DNA of 64,000 bases from Tubiluchus corallicola (Eukaryota > Animalia > Priapulida), in the NCBI GenBank assembly GCA_030141605.1, contig JAQGDQ010001018.1, forward strand, positions 6,011 through 70,010, written 5' to 3'. Positions 1 through 13,180 of this stretch are shown here, in pieces (positions within the stretch are counted from its first letter, which is position 1; the number at the start of each line of letters is the position of its first letter). The position numbers and the translations under genes are program-made. Below the pieces are notes generated by a model, which made no database searches, was not told the origin of the DNA, and saw nothing but the letters and a program-made list of their open reading frames with translations.

Positions 1-135
1 ATTGTTGTTGCTGGTGTTGTTGTTGCTGTTGCTGTTGTTGTTGTTGCTGTTGTTGTTGTTGCTGCTGTTGCTGTTGTTGTTGTCGTTGTTGTTTTTGTTG
101 CTGTTGTTGTCGTTGTTGTTGTTTTTGGTGCTGTT
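1..135. repeat. (GTT)n microsatellite
   Basis: Direct reading. Confidence 0.97.
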
Positions 136-2769
136 GCGGTAATAAAAAACTGATATCTGGATGCATTATAAAAGATGCATATCGAATTGCGCATAAAAAT
201 GTCTAAAAGAGAATGTGGAAACAGGAAAATTATTTTCATAATTTGGTAAATGCATTTGCTGTAATTTATCTTTAAAAATCGATTCATCGATAAAATTGTT
301 GACCTTTTATAGCTAATGTCACAGTTGTTTGTCTGCCTAAATTATGTATAATTTCTTATAATTTTGCTACCATATATACAGAGTTTACAGTGTAATTCAG
401 TTTGTTACTTTGACATGTTTCATCTACTGGTTACCTTTTCCAACAAAGATCATTGGATATTATAAATGTTCGAAAGCTGAGGGCGAATTATTTAAGTTGA
501 CTGGAAAATAAAGCAATCATAGAATTTATGTATAGATGACAACACTATGTTTGACTTTTTTATTTCGCTAGAATTGTTGTACTGTGTTAACGTCACTGTT
601 TCGTAATCAAGTGTTAAGACAGATATAAACACTGCGATTAGATTAATAAATTAAATAAAAGATGAAAGAATTGCAGAAAAAAGGTAAATATGTAAAGGCA
701 GAAAAGATATTGAAATGGTTTTATCATATATATATATACATTGTGATATAAAGCATACAAGAGCCATAACTGCTTTCGGTTTCCTCAGCAGAACTGGTCT
801 CTATAAACGTCTTTGGAACTAAAAAATGCTTATTTACTTTTAAGGCCTGCAGTTTTGAATTTTATAGGAAGATGGAAAATGAGCTATCCTAACAATATAC
901 GAATTTATTTTACAAAAGGGAAAGCGTTTAAATTGTCCTTCGCAATTTAAATATCCTAATCCTAGCACAACCCTCATCCGCTTTACGAATTAATTTCTTG
1001 TGTCTGGGAATTGTTAACTTTAACCATAAAAATGTGAAACTAATTCAATATTTTCTTTATCATAATAAAAGTGCACGTTAAAACTAATTTTCATAGAACA
1101 GTTTAATTAGCATTAGTGGTTTAATTATGTTTATGCATTTCATTACATATAATAGCAGAAAAATTTTGGTGAAGCAAGCAACATAGTTGGTTCAGAATCT
1201 ATTAATGCCTAGCAACCACTCGCCTAGCAAATTGTTGCCTAGCTACCCGTCACCATGAAAATGAGCAATATAGTTTCCCTATCCGTGACTTAGCACTGTC
1301 ACTTGACAACCCATCACCATGCATGCAAGCCAGAGGGGAGTTTGCCACAACATAATGTATAATATTTACACAAGTCTAGCACTTGCAAACATTGCACCAG
1401 ATCCTGTTGAACTAATGTTAGATGCTCCTCTACTTATTTGTGTATCAACGTTATTAATAGTTGTGATACCGTTACAATTAACATGGCATCTTTTGGATTT
1501 CAAACTTATAATTATGAATTGCTGACATTAGATTTTATTTAAGAATGGATCAAAATAATAAACTGCAAGGCTTTTCTCATTATTTGTTTCCTGTGAGAAA
1601 GTGGTAATGACCCCAAGTTTACAGTTTGTCTAGTTATTTTTGGTTTTGAAAACTATTTTACATTTCAAGAAATACACTGATGCCAGGAGTTTCTCTTCAT
1701 TTAACGTCGCCTAAATACCCTTCCTAGGTGTTTACATTTCGTCAAGACTTTGCGTTTTATAAGAAGTTCCTGTTTTCCTTCCTATTTGTGTAGCGGTGTA
1801 GAATAAAATTAAACTTTATACAACAGTTTTTTGAAAAGAATGAACATTTAACTTTTGAAAGGCATATATACATAACATAAATAGAGCAAGGCTATATATA
1901 ACTAGACGTTGTAAGTTCTCAATAATTTTCTAAAGAGTATTAATAGTTAGATTAAGTTTTGCTCAAGGTCAGCTTCGTGTTACATCCACTTTTATACCTG
2001 TTCTACCTGTTAAAACAGCCAATTAATGGTGTCATTTGTATGTGTCTCAAGCGTATCGAGCATTCTTGAAATTAATCATTTGTTTTAAGACATTAACTTT
2101 ATCTTTAATATCAACAGTAGTGTTCTTATGGTTTTTACTTTGAAGTTCAGTTTGCTAAAACTTCAAGATATGAGTAACAAATCTGATTTCTGAGTGTAAG
2201 GTTTCTGTAAAATTATTACAAAAACATGAAAACGGGTTACAAATAGCAATCTTAATTAAATCCTTCAACTAATTAACTAACTAAACATAATTAACTAAAT
2301 TAAATGGTGAATCTTAATTATAAACTGATATCTGAAGGTAAGCAATCAGAAAGAAAAAGAATTATATTACAATGCAATATGTACAATTTTCCAATGTGCA
2401 CCACATAATTTAGCAATACAGTGACTAGTCAGGTTCCATCAGGGTGCGCCATGAAAACTACGACAGTATCGTTAGTCAGGGTGAATTTTAAGAAATTCGC
2501 TTAATCAGCTTAAGAAACATGCCCAGAATTTTGCAATAAAATAAGAAACCGTATTACCATCAATAGAAAATAACAACCTAATTTATTTTTACAGTACCAT
2601 TCATAATTATTTTTACAGTACCATCAATATTTGTTAGAAAAACATCATTTGCGACAAAATTGACGCTTTGTGGGATTACAGCTGCAGCTAGGAAAGATCG
2701 TGAATTCACTTTTTTCACCATTACATGCAACAACATGTAGCATATTTTTCACTATGTTTGAACACAGAA

Positions 2770-5590
2770 TAAAAACGGTTTGTTCTTACAATATGACTAA
2801 TAATAATACTACTAACTGTAAGTTGGTGACATCTAGCTTCAATATTGGAGTCCTATATTTAAATACCTGTTATTCAAGTTTCGATGTGTTCAAAGCAGTA
2901 ATGACAAATTTCCTGAGTAACTCCTGGGTTGATGTATGTAGATTTTGCTTCATTTTATTTGGTTACTCACTGAAAGTCTCTAATTAATTTTAGTTAATCG
3001 CAGTGGACGTTTTGATAAGAAATCAATTAGTTTGTTAAAATAATTTACATTTCATTCCCGACGAAATGTATAATTTTGGGAAATGGCGACTCAATACATG
3101 TCAAATATGAAGTAAAATGACGAAGAGGTATGTTCTGTGATGATGATAAACGAACAATAAAATATTTTACTAAGCAGCACTTGATGACTTTGTTTGTTTG
3201 TATTATAAAACCCAAACAATCTCCGTTTCGTTTAAGCCAATCAGTATTCCATCGTTACACATAACGTAGTTTATTCACTTTAGTAAGAATGTTTTGTGAT
3301 GGATTGAATCAAATCTTTTTCCAAAATTAAAATAGATTGTGTCAAGTGAAGCTCAGCAACTGACTGTTTTGGTCCATAAATTGATGTCATCTAATAGTTG
3401 TCTGATACAGACTTGCCTTTTCTAAATCCGCATTGTGTTCTTGATATTTTGCTTTTTATGTGCTATATCAATCATTTCCAGATAATATTCTCTAATGTTT
3501 TACACAGTTTTGACGTTAGGCTTACTGGTCTATAGTTGTTATCAATTTTACTTATCTTCTTGAGTATGGGTGAAACTTGGCTGAACTTCCAAACTTGAGA
3601 TAGTTTTCTTTGTCCAGTGATTAATGAAGAAGTAAGAACTGTGTCTTAACTAGTTCTGAACTTGCGACTTTTAAAAACATTGGGTACATACCGTCTTCAT
3701 CAGTTATAATTTGTTTCAGTTTGTTAGATTTAAGCAAATCCAAGGATTTTCCTCTGATACAAGCGAATTGCAATTTATCAAGATGTACACCATCACCTAA
3801 TACAACAAAAGCCTTTATGGTTTATGGGTGAATAACTGTCTATATGTGGATGTGCTTGTGAATGTGTATTTGTAATGAAAAAAGGCTTAACAGCGGTATA
3901 TATTTTTGTGATGTTCCTATTAGGGAACACTGATTGCTGATTAGCTGCAGAATAACAAATCGAATAACTGAGTGACGTAACAGCTCCTGTAGTAATGAGC
4001 ACTATAGAACTCGCCGCCAAGCTGCGACAACATTTATGTATTTTTGATCGTGCATATGTATTATCAGCCAAAAATGTGATTTTGCTAAAGTAACTTTAAA
4101 ACTCAGGTTACTTCAGTTTACTACAGTTTACGTCCCAGTTTCTAATCAGCTAACTTGTATGGCAATGATTAAGAATGAAATGTGAATGAACGTTTGTTGA
4201 ATAAAATTAATAATGTTCTTCGATACTTGAATTTGCTATCTTTGTGAAATATTAAGAAAGTAGAGTTGTTACTGAAATTGCGCTGAAGCGTCCAAAACAT
4301 GATTGTTTATTGACAATTATCAATGTTTTGCAGTGACATACCATCAGGACCACACTTAGTTGTGTATCTTGGGGGCAACGAGTTTCTTCAACCAAGTCAA
4401 ACCCGCTATGTAAAATTAGTCTACCATAACATAAATATCTATAATATATGGAGTATATGGTAGTATATGGTGTTAGAAACCAATCTCTTATAAACCACAT
4501 GATGGGTTGTACAGGTGAGATCATGTATCTTTTACATTACAAGCCACCAGAGATTGATCAAAGTTTGGTGCAATAGTTTCGAATGATACAAAACAATTTA
4601 GCTCATTAAGGCACTGCACCACTCACAGTAAGTCACATATGGTGAATGGGTTTTCTGCTGCTGTGTGAGAACAGGCATAGACGCAGACACAACTGAATGA
4701 TTGAAAATTATGAGCTCTTCTATACGGGTGGTACAGTACTCGGCTACTGATTCGTGGTATTTTGTTCAAAAAGTATATGTAAGTGATTAACCTGGACAAA
4801 AATACGAAAAACACCCCTCTGATGTGACATGTGTGATCGTCCACACTTCGTTTTTGATCGCCTGCTTGCTACAGACCAAAAGAAATGTACAGAATTCCAG
4901 GAAAGACAATTATGGTCTTCTCATTCCTTAAACATCAATGGCTCCATGAAAATAGAGTAGACTTAACGCCAAAGTGAATTAGAAGAATTAGTAACTCTAT
5001 TGTACGAGGAGCAGAAAGCTAAGAAATTATCAAATATAGTTTTATCGTACTTAGTGAGAGCACTTTCTCATGAACTGAACACATGTAAAATGCAACAAAC
5101 TCTTATAGACCTGAGGGGCTAAATCCCTATAGACTATCACTAATAATGTTCTCATATGTTACATTCGTACTTTGGGGCATGAATATCAAACTTTATTTTT
5201 TTGTCTATCATATTTAATCATTTTTACTAATGCCTAACGTCAGACTAGTGTGAAACTAGTGTGAGACTAGTGTGAGACAGCACTTTCTTAATTTTAATAG
5301 TTTCTTTTTTAAATTACAGATTCACTGGTATAAAAGGCATGAACATTTTTCATATATAATGGGAACTGGCATCAATGATATTGCTTTTGCACGACTGAAC
5401 GCGCCAGTTGAGATTAATGATGATGTTCGACCTGCTAAAACGCCTGTGTGCGACCTTAATATGAGTTACGTTAACCAAGATATTACTCTTGTAGGATGGG
5501 GATCTGATATATGGAGTGGTGCATTAAATTTCTAGTAATTTGGTTGATTACGTCATGGGAACCCTATACCTTTGAACAATTAAATTTTTT
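2770..5590 (+). pseudogene. Inverted partial duplicate of gene A (copies of exon 4 at 4334-4409 and exon 5 at 5320-5518, plus introns)
   Basis: Reverse-complement match to ~7682-11305. Lacks the ~9443-10220 segment holding exons 2-3; no copies of exons 1, 6 or 7 seen. Confidence 0.9.
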
Positions 5591-6004
5591 GCATTCGGTC
5601 TTGTATTGGATACACTAAGTGCTTTAACTAGCACAATGTTGTGTTCCTTACGTAATCATCTTCATAGTCATTTTGGCATTTCTTGCACAATTTTGTCGCT
5701 ATCATTTGCAATACTTGGCAGCCCAATAGTGGAGGACATATATCAGTTATCAAAGCTTCCGTTTCATTCCTAACTTTTGTTGAATTACATCTTGGATAAA
5801 TTTGTGCTTAAAACAAACATGCTTATTTAAAATAAGAAACTTTTTATTAAAAATTATTTATTGTAAATTCGCATATCACATACACATTCTGTGGTAGGTT
5901 TGTTTGCAAAACTTGGTAGTCATAGAAAATTTTGCGTGAAAGCATTTGCCTTGGGAATTATAAAACCTTAAAAATACTCTGCTATTAGTTAGTCTGTTTA
6001 ATGA

Positions 6005-9000
6005 CTAAAAACTTGCACAAAGTGCTGAGAACAACGTAATTATACAGATCATTGATGCAGAATGTACTAGAGCTTTGTCAGATGCAGAGGTATATGCTGC
6101 AGCTGGCATAAAACTATAATCTCTAAACTCGAAGCCTGAATAAAATTGCTGTTCACTGATCCACTCGACATAATAGGCAATTCTTGGTCCCACAATTACC
6201 GAGAATTCGTCATACCCTGCTAATGGATTATCCGTTGAATTATATGATGTATTTCTCCATGAAGCTTGATAAATGCCTATTACTTTCATCTGTACTGTGT
6301 CTAATACAAGTGGTCCACCAGAATCACCCTACAAGAAGAAAATACAACACTTTCGATTTGCAAAACGTCAATAAAATTTGCTGATAATTTAAATGTGGAA
6401 AATCATCCTTACATCACTTTGATGTGTCTACTTATTAGATAATAATAGTAGCTGTGGTTAAGAAAGTTGGTGATCACTTTCTTTAAGTAACAGCAAATTC
6501 GTTTAACTCTTGTGATGGTTGGTGCCTTAGTTGCTGTCAAGTCTTAAAGAGTAGTGCTTTTCTTTGGTTGGCTGGTGTGATGTTGGCACCTTAACACCGT
6601 GCACTTGCCGAGGTCTGTTTTGTAACAAGGTGGGCATAACTTGGATCTTTATTTTATGTGCATTCATTTTTTATTCTCTTGATCGGTGCTTCAACTAGCA
6701 CTTGTGAAGTTCATCGCTTGTAGAGCAGTAAGCTTGGAGAGAGCATGCTGGCAATATTGGGACATGACAATGTAGCGGAATAGCATCTTGGTTGTTAGGA
6801 AACTGCATGGTGGGTCCAATTTATCTATGGTGAGACTTATTGCTAAAAGTGTTAATTATTGAGACAATTAGCTACAACTTACAGTTTACTATGCACTTTG
6901 TGAAATTGCTTGTCACACCCACAGTGTCAGTTGGAACTCATTGCAAAAATAAGATACAGTCGTTTTAGAACAAAATTTCTAAATTTATAGCACCGTATTA
7001 CAAACGAATCACGTGGCATTCGTCAGCCAATCAGAATCATTTGGCTTAACATATGACATTCTGAATTCTCCATGTTATGATGTCTTCCAATGCGTTGCTT
7101 TTCTCTAGATATTTTTAGAAGTTTTTCACAAAGAAAATGACATGCTTATGTTGACCAGGTTTAAATTTAAATTTAGCACATTAAAAATATAGAAGGTGGT
7201 ACAATCTTGCAATTTTTTCAAAAAATGTAGAGAAGACATTTGACCAATTACAGGTAAGCTGCTCACTAACATTCAAACTATTAACTTTATACCTGTTTCT
7301 TGGTCAATAAATATTAAAATTTTAAATAGCTACTTACAAGACCACCTATACGTCCTGGGTGATGTGCACAGATGTAGTGTTCTGAGGAAATATCCGCGCA
7401 ATTACCTCCAGTAATAACTGAGAAGGTCGCCTTCTGCAAACGATCAACTGTTTTAGAGGGTTGATCTGCAATACGAAAGTGTCGCGTAATGTGTCACTCG
7501 TGGTAAAGAATAAATAGATTTTCAAGCAATGGAACAGGCAATATTGACACATGTATGCTATGTCAAGTATGCTTTAATAGCAAATAAAATGCAGAAACAC
7601 TGCCTAGTAGTATCCACTGTGCGATTTAGCTCCTGTATAACAATAAAACTGGCAGCCCTAAAAATACTCTTCATCAGCATTAAAAAATTTAATTGTTCAA
7701 AGGTATAGGGTACCCATGACGTAATCAAACAAATTAAATCAACCAAATTATTAAAAATTTAACGCACCACTGAATAGATCAGATCCCCATCCTACAAGAG
7801 TAACATCTTGGTTAACGTAACTCATATTAAGGTCACACACAGGCGTTTTAGCAGGCCGAACATCATCATTAATCTCAACTGGTGCGTTCAGTCGTGCAAA
7901 AGCAATATCATTGATGCCAGCTCCCATTATATATGCATAATGTTCATGCCTTTTATACCAGTGAATCTGTAATTTAAAAAAGAAACTATTAAAATTAAGA
8001 AAGTGCTGTCTCACACTAGTCTCACACTAGTCTGACATTGGGCATTAGTAAAAATGATTAAATATGAAAGACAAAAAAATAAAGTTTGATATTCATGCCA
8101 CAAAGTACGAATGTAACATATGAGAACATTATTAGTGACAGTCTATAGGGATTTGTCTTTTCAGGACAATAAGAGTTTGTTGCATTTTACATGGGCTGAG
8201 TTCATGAGAAAGTGCTCTCATTAAGCACGATAAAACTATATTTGACAATTTCTTCGGTTGCCGCTCCTCGTACAATAGAGTTACTAATTCATCTAATTCA
8301 CTTTGGCGTTAAGTCTACTCTATCTTCATGGATCCATTGATGTTCAAGGAATGAGAAAACCATGATTGTCTATACTGGTCTGTAGCAAGCGGGCGATCAA
8401 AAAAGTGCTGGGGACGATCACACATGTCACATGAGAGGGGTGTTTTTCGTATTTTTATCCAAGTTAATCACTTACATATACCTTTTAAACAAAATACCAC
8501 GAATCAGTAGCCGAGTACTGTACCACCCATATAGAAGAGCTCATAATTTTCAATCATTTAGTTGTGTCTGTGTTTATGCCTGTTCTCACACAGCAGCAGA
8601 AAACCCATTCACCATATGTGACTTACTGTGAGGGGTGCAGTGCCTTAATGAGCTAAATTGTTTCGTATCTATCAGTCGAAACTATTGTACCAAACTTTGA
8701 TCAATCTCTGGTGGCTTGTAATGCAAAGATACATGTTCTCACCTGTACAACACATCACGTGTTTTATAAAAGATTGGTTTCTAACACCATATACTAACAT
8801 ATACTCCATATATTATAGATATTTATGTGATGGAAGACAAATCTTACATAGCGGGTTTGACTTGGTTGAAGAAACTCGTTGCCCCCAAGGTATACAACTA
8901 AGTGTGGTCCTGATGGTATGTCACTGCAAAACATTGATAATTGTCAATAAACAATCATGTTTTGGACGCCTCAGCGCAATTTCAGTAACAACTCAACTTT

Positions 9001-12000
9001 CTTAATATTTCACAAAGATAGCAAATTCAAGTATCGAAGAACATTATTAATTTTATTCAACTAACGTTCATTCACGTTTCATTCTTAATCCTTGTCATAC
9101 AAGTTAGCTGATCATCGTCACACAAGTTACAAGAAACTGGGAAGTAAACTGTAGTAAACTGAGTTTTAAAGTTACTTTAGCAAAATCACATTTTGGCTGA
9201 TAATACATATGCACGATTAAAAATACATAAATGTTGGCGCAGCTTGGCAGCGGGTTCTATAGTGCTCATTACTACAGGAGCTGTTACGTCACTCAGTTAT
9301 TCGATTTGTTATTCTGCAGCTAGTCAGCAATCAGTGTTCCTTAATAGGAACATCCCAAAAATATATAGCGCTGTTCTGCTAAGCCTTTTTTCAATACAAA
9401 TACACATTCACAAGCACATCTACATATAGACAGTTATTCACTCATACACTCACATGTCTGTTTAGTTGTGTAGACAGCATTCAGCAGTTATTGTAGAAAT
9501 GCTAACAAACTTTCTTGAAAATATTTATGTGAAAAGACTGATTTTCACATAAATGAGAAATGTGAAAAGATTCACACATCGCAATGAGTTTGCATACTTA
9601 CTCTTTAAACATGTGAGCTACTGTTAGAATATGTTTGTCATCGATAAGAAATCCTCCTGCTGTAATTGCTACGGAGGGATTGTCGAAAGCAGGACGAAAA
9701 ATCCTAACCTTCAAGAACAAATACACAAATAATTACTAAAACTGTTGCCTTGCATCTTAAATTGCTATATTTAAAAAAGGGAAGAAGTTAATGCAAAAGT
9801 AGCAAACTTTAATCTGTTGTACAAAACGATGTTTTGGCTTTTTCACGAAGAATTTCCAACTGTGAACTACAAAACTGAGCAAATGTGGCTATCCAACTCG
9901 ATGTCTCCATGCTGCCACACTACGGTCATAAATGCAATAACATTGTGACTACCAAATTAAAGAGATCATATAAATAATTTGACGTTAAATATGAAAGGTG
10001 ATTTAAACTCAGCAAAATTAAAAAAACAAAACAGAAAAAATTTATTTTTGCAAAAAAAAACAAATTTAAACACGCACCATGTATGGAAATTCCCGCTCCC
10101 CTGCATTTTCTCCACCATGAATTCTTGGTTCAATAGGTAACTCTGCAACAAATTTTCCAATTTACTCATAGACAAAAACAGAACAAATATTTACCACTAA
10201 ACGTCCAGGTGTGCATCTGGACCTAAAAAGGCTTTTGTTGTATAAGGCGATGGTGCACATCTGGATAAATTGCAATTCACTTGTAATAGAGGAAAATCTT
10301 AGGATTTGCTTAAATGTAACCAACTGAAAGCAAATTATAACTGATGAAGACTGTATGTTCCCAATGTTTTTAAAAGTCGCAAGTTCAGAACTAGTTATGC
10401 CACAGTTCTTACTTTTTCATTAATCACTGGACAAAGAAAACTATCTCAAGTTTGGAAGTTCAGCCAAGTTTCACCAACACTCAAGAAGATAAGTAAAATT
10501 GATAATAAGTATAGACCAGTAAGCCTAACGTCAAAACTATTTAAAACATTAGAGAAAATTATCTGCAAATGACTGATACAGCACATAAAAAGCAAAATAT
10601 CAAGAACACAATGCGGATTTAGAAAAGGCAAGTCTGTATCACACAACTAATTAGATTACATCAATTTATGGACCAAAATAATCAGTTGTTGAGTTTCACT
10701 TGACACAACCAATTTAAATTTTGCAAAAATATTTGATTCATTCCCTCACAAAAGACACTTACTATAGTGACTAAACTGCGTTAAGTGTAATGATGTAATA
10801 CTGATTGGCTTAAATGAAACGGAGATTGTTTGGGTTTTATCGTGACAAATAAACAAAGTCATCAAGTACTGCTTAGTATAATATTTTATTGTTCGTGCAC
10901 CATCATCACAGAACATACCGTAATTTTACTTCACATTTGACATATATTTATACGCCATTTCCCAAAATTATACATTTCGTCGGGAATGAAATGTAAATTA
11001 TTTTAACAAACTAATTGATTTCTTATCAAAATGTCCACTGCAATTAACTAAAATTAATTAGAGACTTTCAGTGAGTAACCAAATAAAATGAAACAAAATT
11101 TACATACATCAACCATAATACAACATACATAAATTTGTCATTACTGCTTTGAACACATTGAAACCTGAATAACAGGTATTTAAAACTAGGTCGCCAATAT
11201 TGAAGCCAGATGTCACCAACTTACAGGTAAGAGCAGGTAAGTTAACTTAATCTAATCAAAACGCACACTGAACAATTATTAGTCATATTGTAAGAACAAA
11301 CCGTTTTGGTTGTTTAATAAACAAAGCTCCTTAACAGAAATGGCGAATGATTTTAGAAGTTATTGTAGACGATAATCTGAATTTCGATGAGCATGCTGGA
11401 ACAGAGTCAGTAGGAGAATCAGAATAGTCGGAATGATGAAAAGGCTCACTTGTCAGCACTGGCACTGACATGTTTTTGCCATTATTCAGCAGATTAGTAA
11501 GACTGATACTGAAATATGGTAATGTAGTTTAAAAACTATTTTACAGAAAAGTCATCCATTGATTAGAAAACGAACAGTGTAGAGCAGTAAAGAAGGTTTA
11601 CTGTACATCAGGTCTGAAGTACGAAGACACATTGTTGGTGCTAAAACTGCTCTAGTTTAATATACCGTAGGTTTAGAAGTGACAAGATAGAAGTGTACAA
11701 GATCACGCACAGCAACTACATTACGCCAATATAGTTGACTCAACACAAGAAACCGATTTTTCCCAGTGGGGACACCAAGATTATGGAATAAGTTACCATA
11801 ACAGGTTTTTAAGGCACCATCTTTGAATGCTTTCAAGTTCCGTTTAGATAGACAGATTTTGGAGCAGGAAATACACCCAGAAAGGTCCCAAGGAATAACT
11901 TAACAGACGGCCATAAGCTTATTTCTGGAACAGTGAACAAATCAAAGCCCAAAGAGATACATGTTTTCATTGATGTGAAATTTACTGTTACAGTACTGTT

Positions 12001-13180
12001 ACAGTACTAACAATATACGTTTGATTAGCTATGGATTGCTAACTTACAAATATAAACTATCCAAACCATAAGGCAAAATAGCTCTGAAAGATACCATTTT
12101 TAAAGTAGTATGCATAAAACTTTCAAGGAAACTCCATAATGTAATAATTCAAGAACACATGAACATTTGTAATACCATTTGGGGAAAAAGTCGACATCAG
12201 AACGATTAAGACTGCATCTTGCAGCTCAAAAATGTGTAGCAAAGATTACTGTGAGAAATGAACTTGGTCTACTAAAAGCTGCAATAATATTTCCAAACTA
12301 TAACCTCATTGCATACCAAAAAAAAATTTAGTACGTAAATCTAGTTAATTTATAAAAAAAACATACTAACTTTGAAACAATAATTTGTGCCAAACAGCTA
12401 TCCACTCATGCTTGTTTTGTTATGTAGAAAAAAAAAACACATAAATGCATATTGTTAGTAAATAAAACTACTTTCACTATGCAAGTCAAGCACCCCTCTT
12501 TTGGTGATACGGAAATTGTAACTTTTGGGGTTCATTTAAAGATTTTCTTCGGAAAGAGGAAGTCACAAGGGAAGTGACAATCATGTAAAGGAAAGCACTG
12601 TGCTTTGCATTTATTACAATATTATAGGTAGCAAGAATCACTTATCTATGGTAGCCATGTAACTCAGTGTATCCAGCAAAAATGGCAGTGATAGTCAGGG
12701 CATTGACAACAACTTTGAAGAAATTGTATTTAGTAGAAGAGAATGTGATTGATGTCACGTTTATCAAGACTCTTTAACAAAGTTCATTTCATGCTGTATT
12801 TTACGTTAAATGAAGCCATATTAGTTAATATTTACTCTGTATTTGTAAATACAAGAATGTTATGAAATCAGTCACACATCCCGCCTAGTTACATAAAAAT
12901 GTAGTTTTTTGTGATTTGACTTTGAGAATGTGTAAAGTTATTTCACCAATAAGATGATTATGTGAGCCACAATGTCATATATCTGAGTAAGTATTTATTT
13001 CTATTTTAACAGCAGAATAATTCATACCACAAAGTGAGACTAACCTTTTCCGTTTGATCCTGGAGAAGTCGTTGAGGACTGAGCTTCTTTAGATTGACAT
13101 AGAGTGTCAAAGCAAAGCAATGTAGTAAATGCAAACAAAAATGTGATCCGAATACACCGAGCTGCATGCACTAATAGCAT
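6005..13180 (-). CDS. Gene A: secreted, probably GPI-anchored S1-family serine protease, 7 coding exons, ~344 aa
   Basis: Exons 13180-13045 (MLLVHAARCIRITFLFAFTTLLCF.., signal-like), 10142-10078 (EPR|IHGGENA..FPYM), 9708-9602 (AGGFLIDDKHILTVAHM), 8923-8848, 7966-7768 (NDIAF..VGWG), 7465-7338 (C..ICA..RIGGL), 6328-6005 (GDSGGP..hydrophobic tail). All introns are GT-AG with compatible phases; AATAAA at 5848-5843. Confidence 0.92.
10480..11860 (+). mobile_element. Degraded CR1-group LINE RT fragments in intron 1 of gene A (partly mirrored at ~3230-3560)
   Basis: Broken translations YRPVSLTSKLFKTLEKII, QCGFRKGKS, FAKIFDSFPHKR, and LWNKLP..APSLNAFKFRLDR. Confidence 0.8.

Noticed and set aside
8431-9429. 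Paired ORFs on opposite strands (4252-4844, 3793-4071) suggesting conserved genes
   Set aside because: They are paired only because of the inverted duplication; the real exons lie on the other strand.
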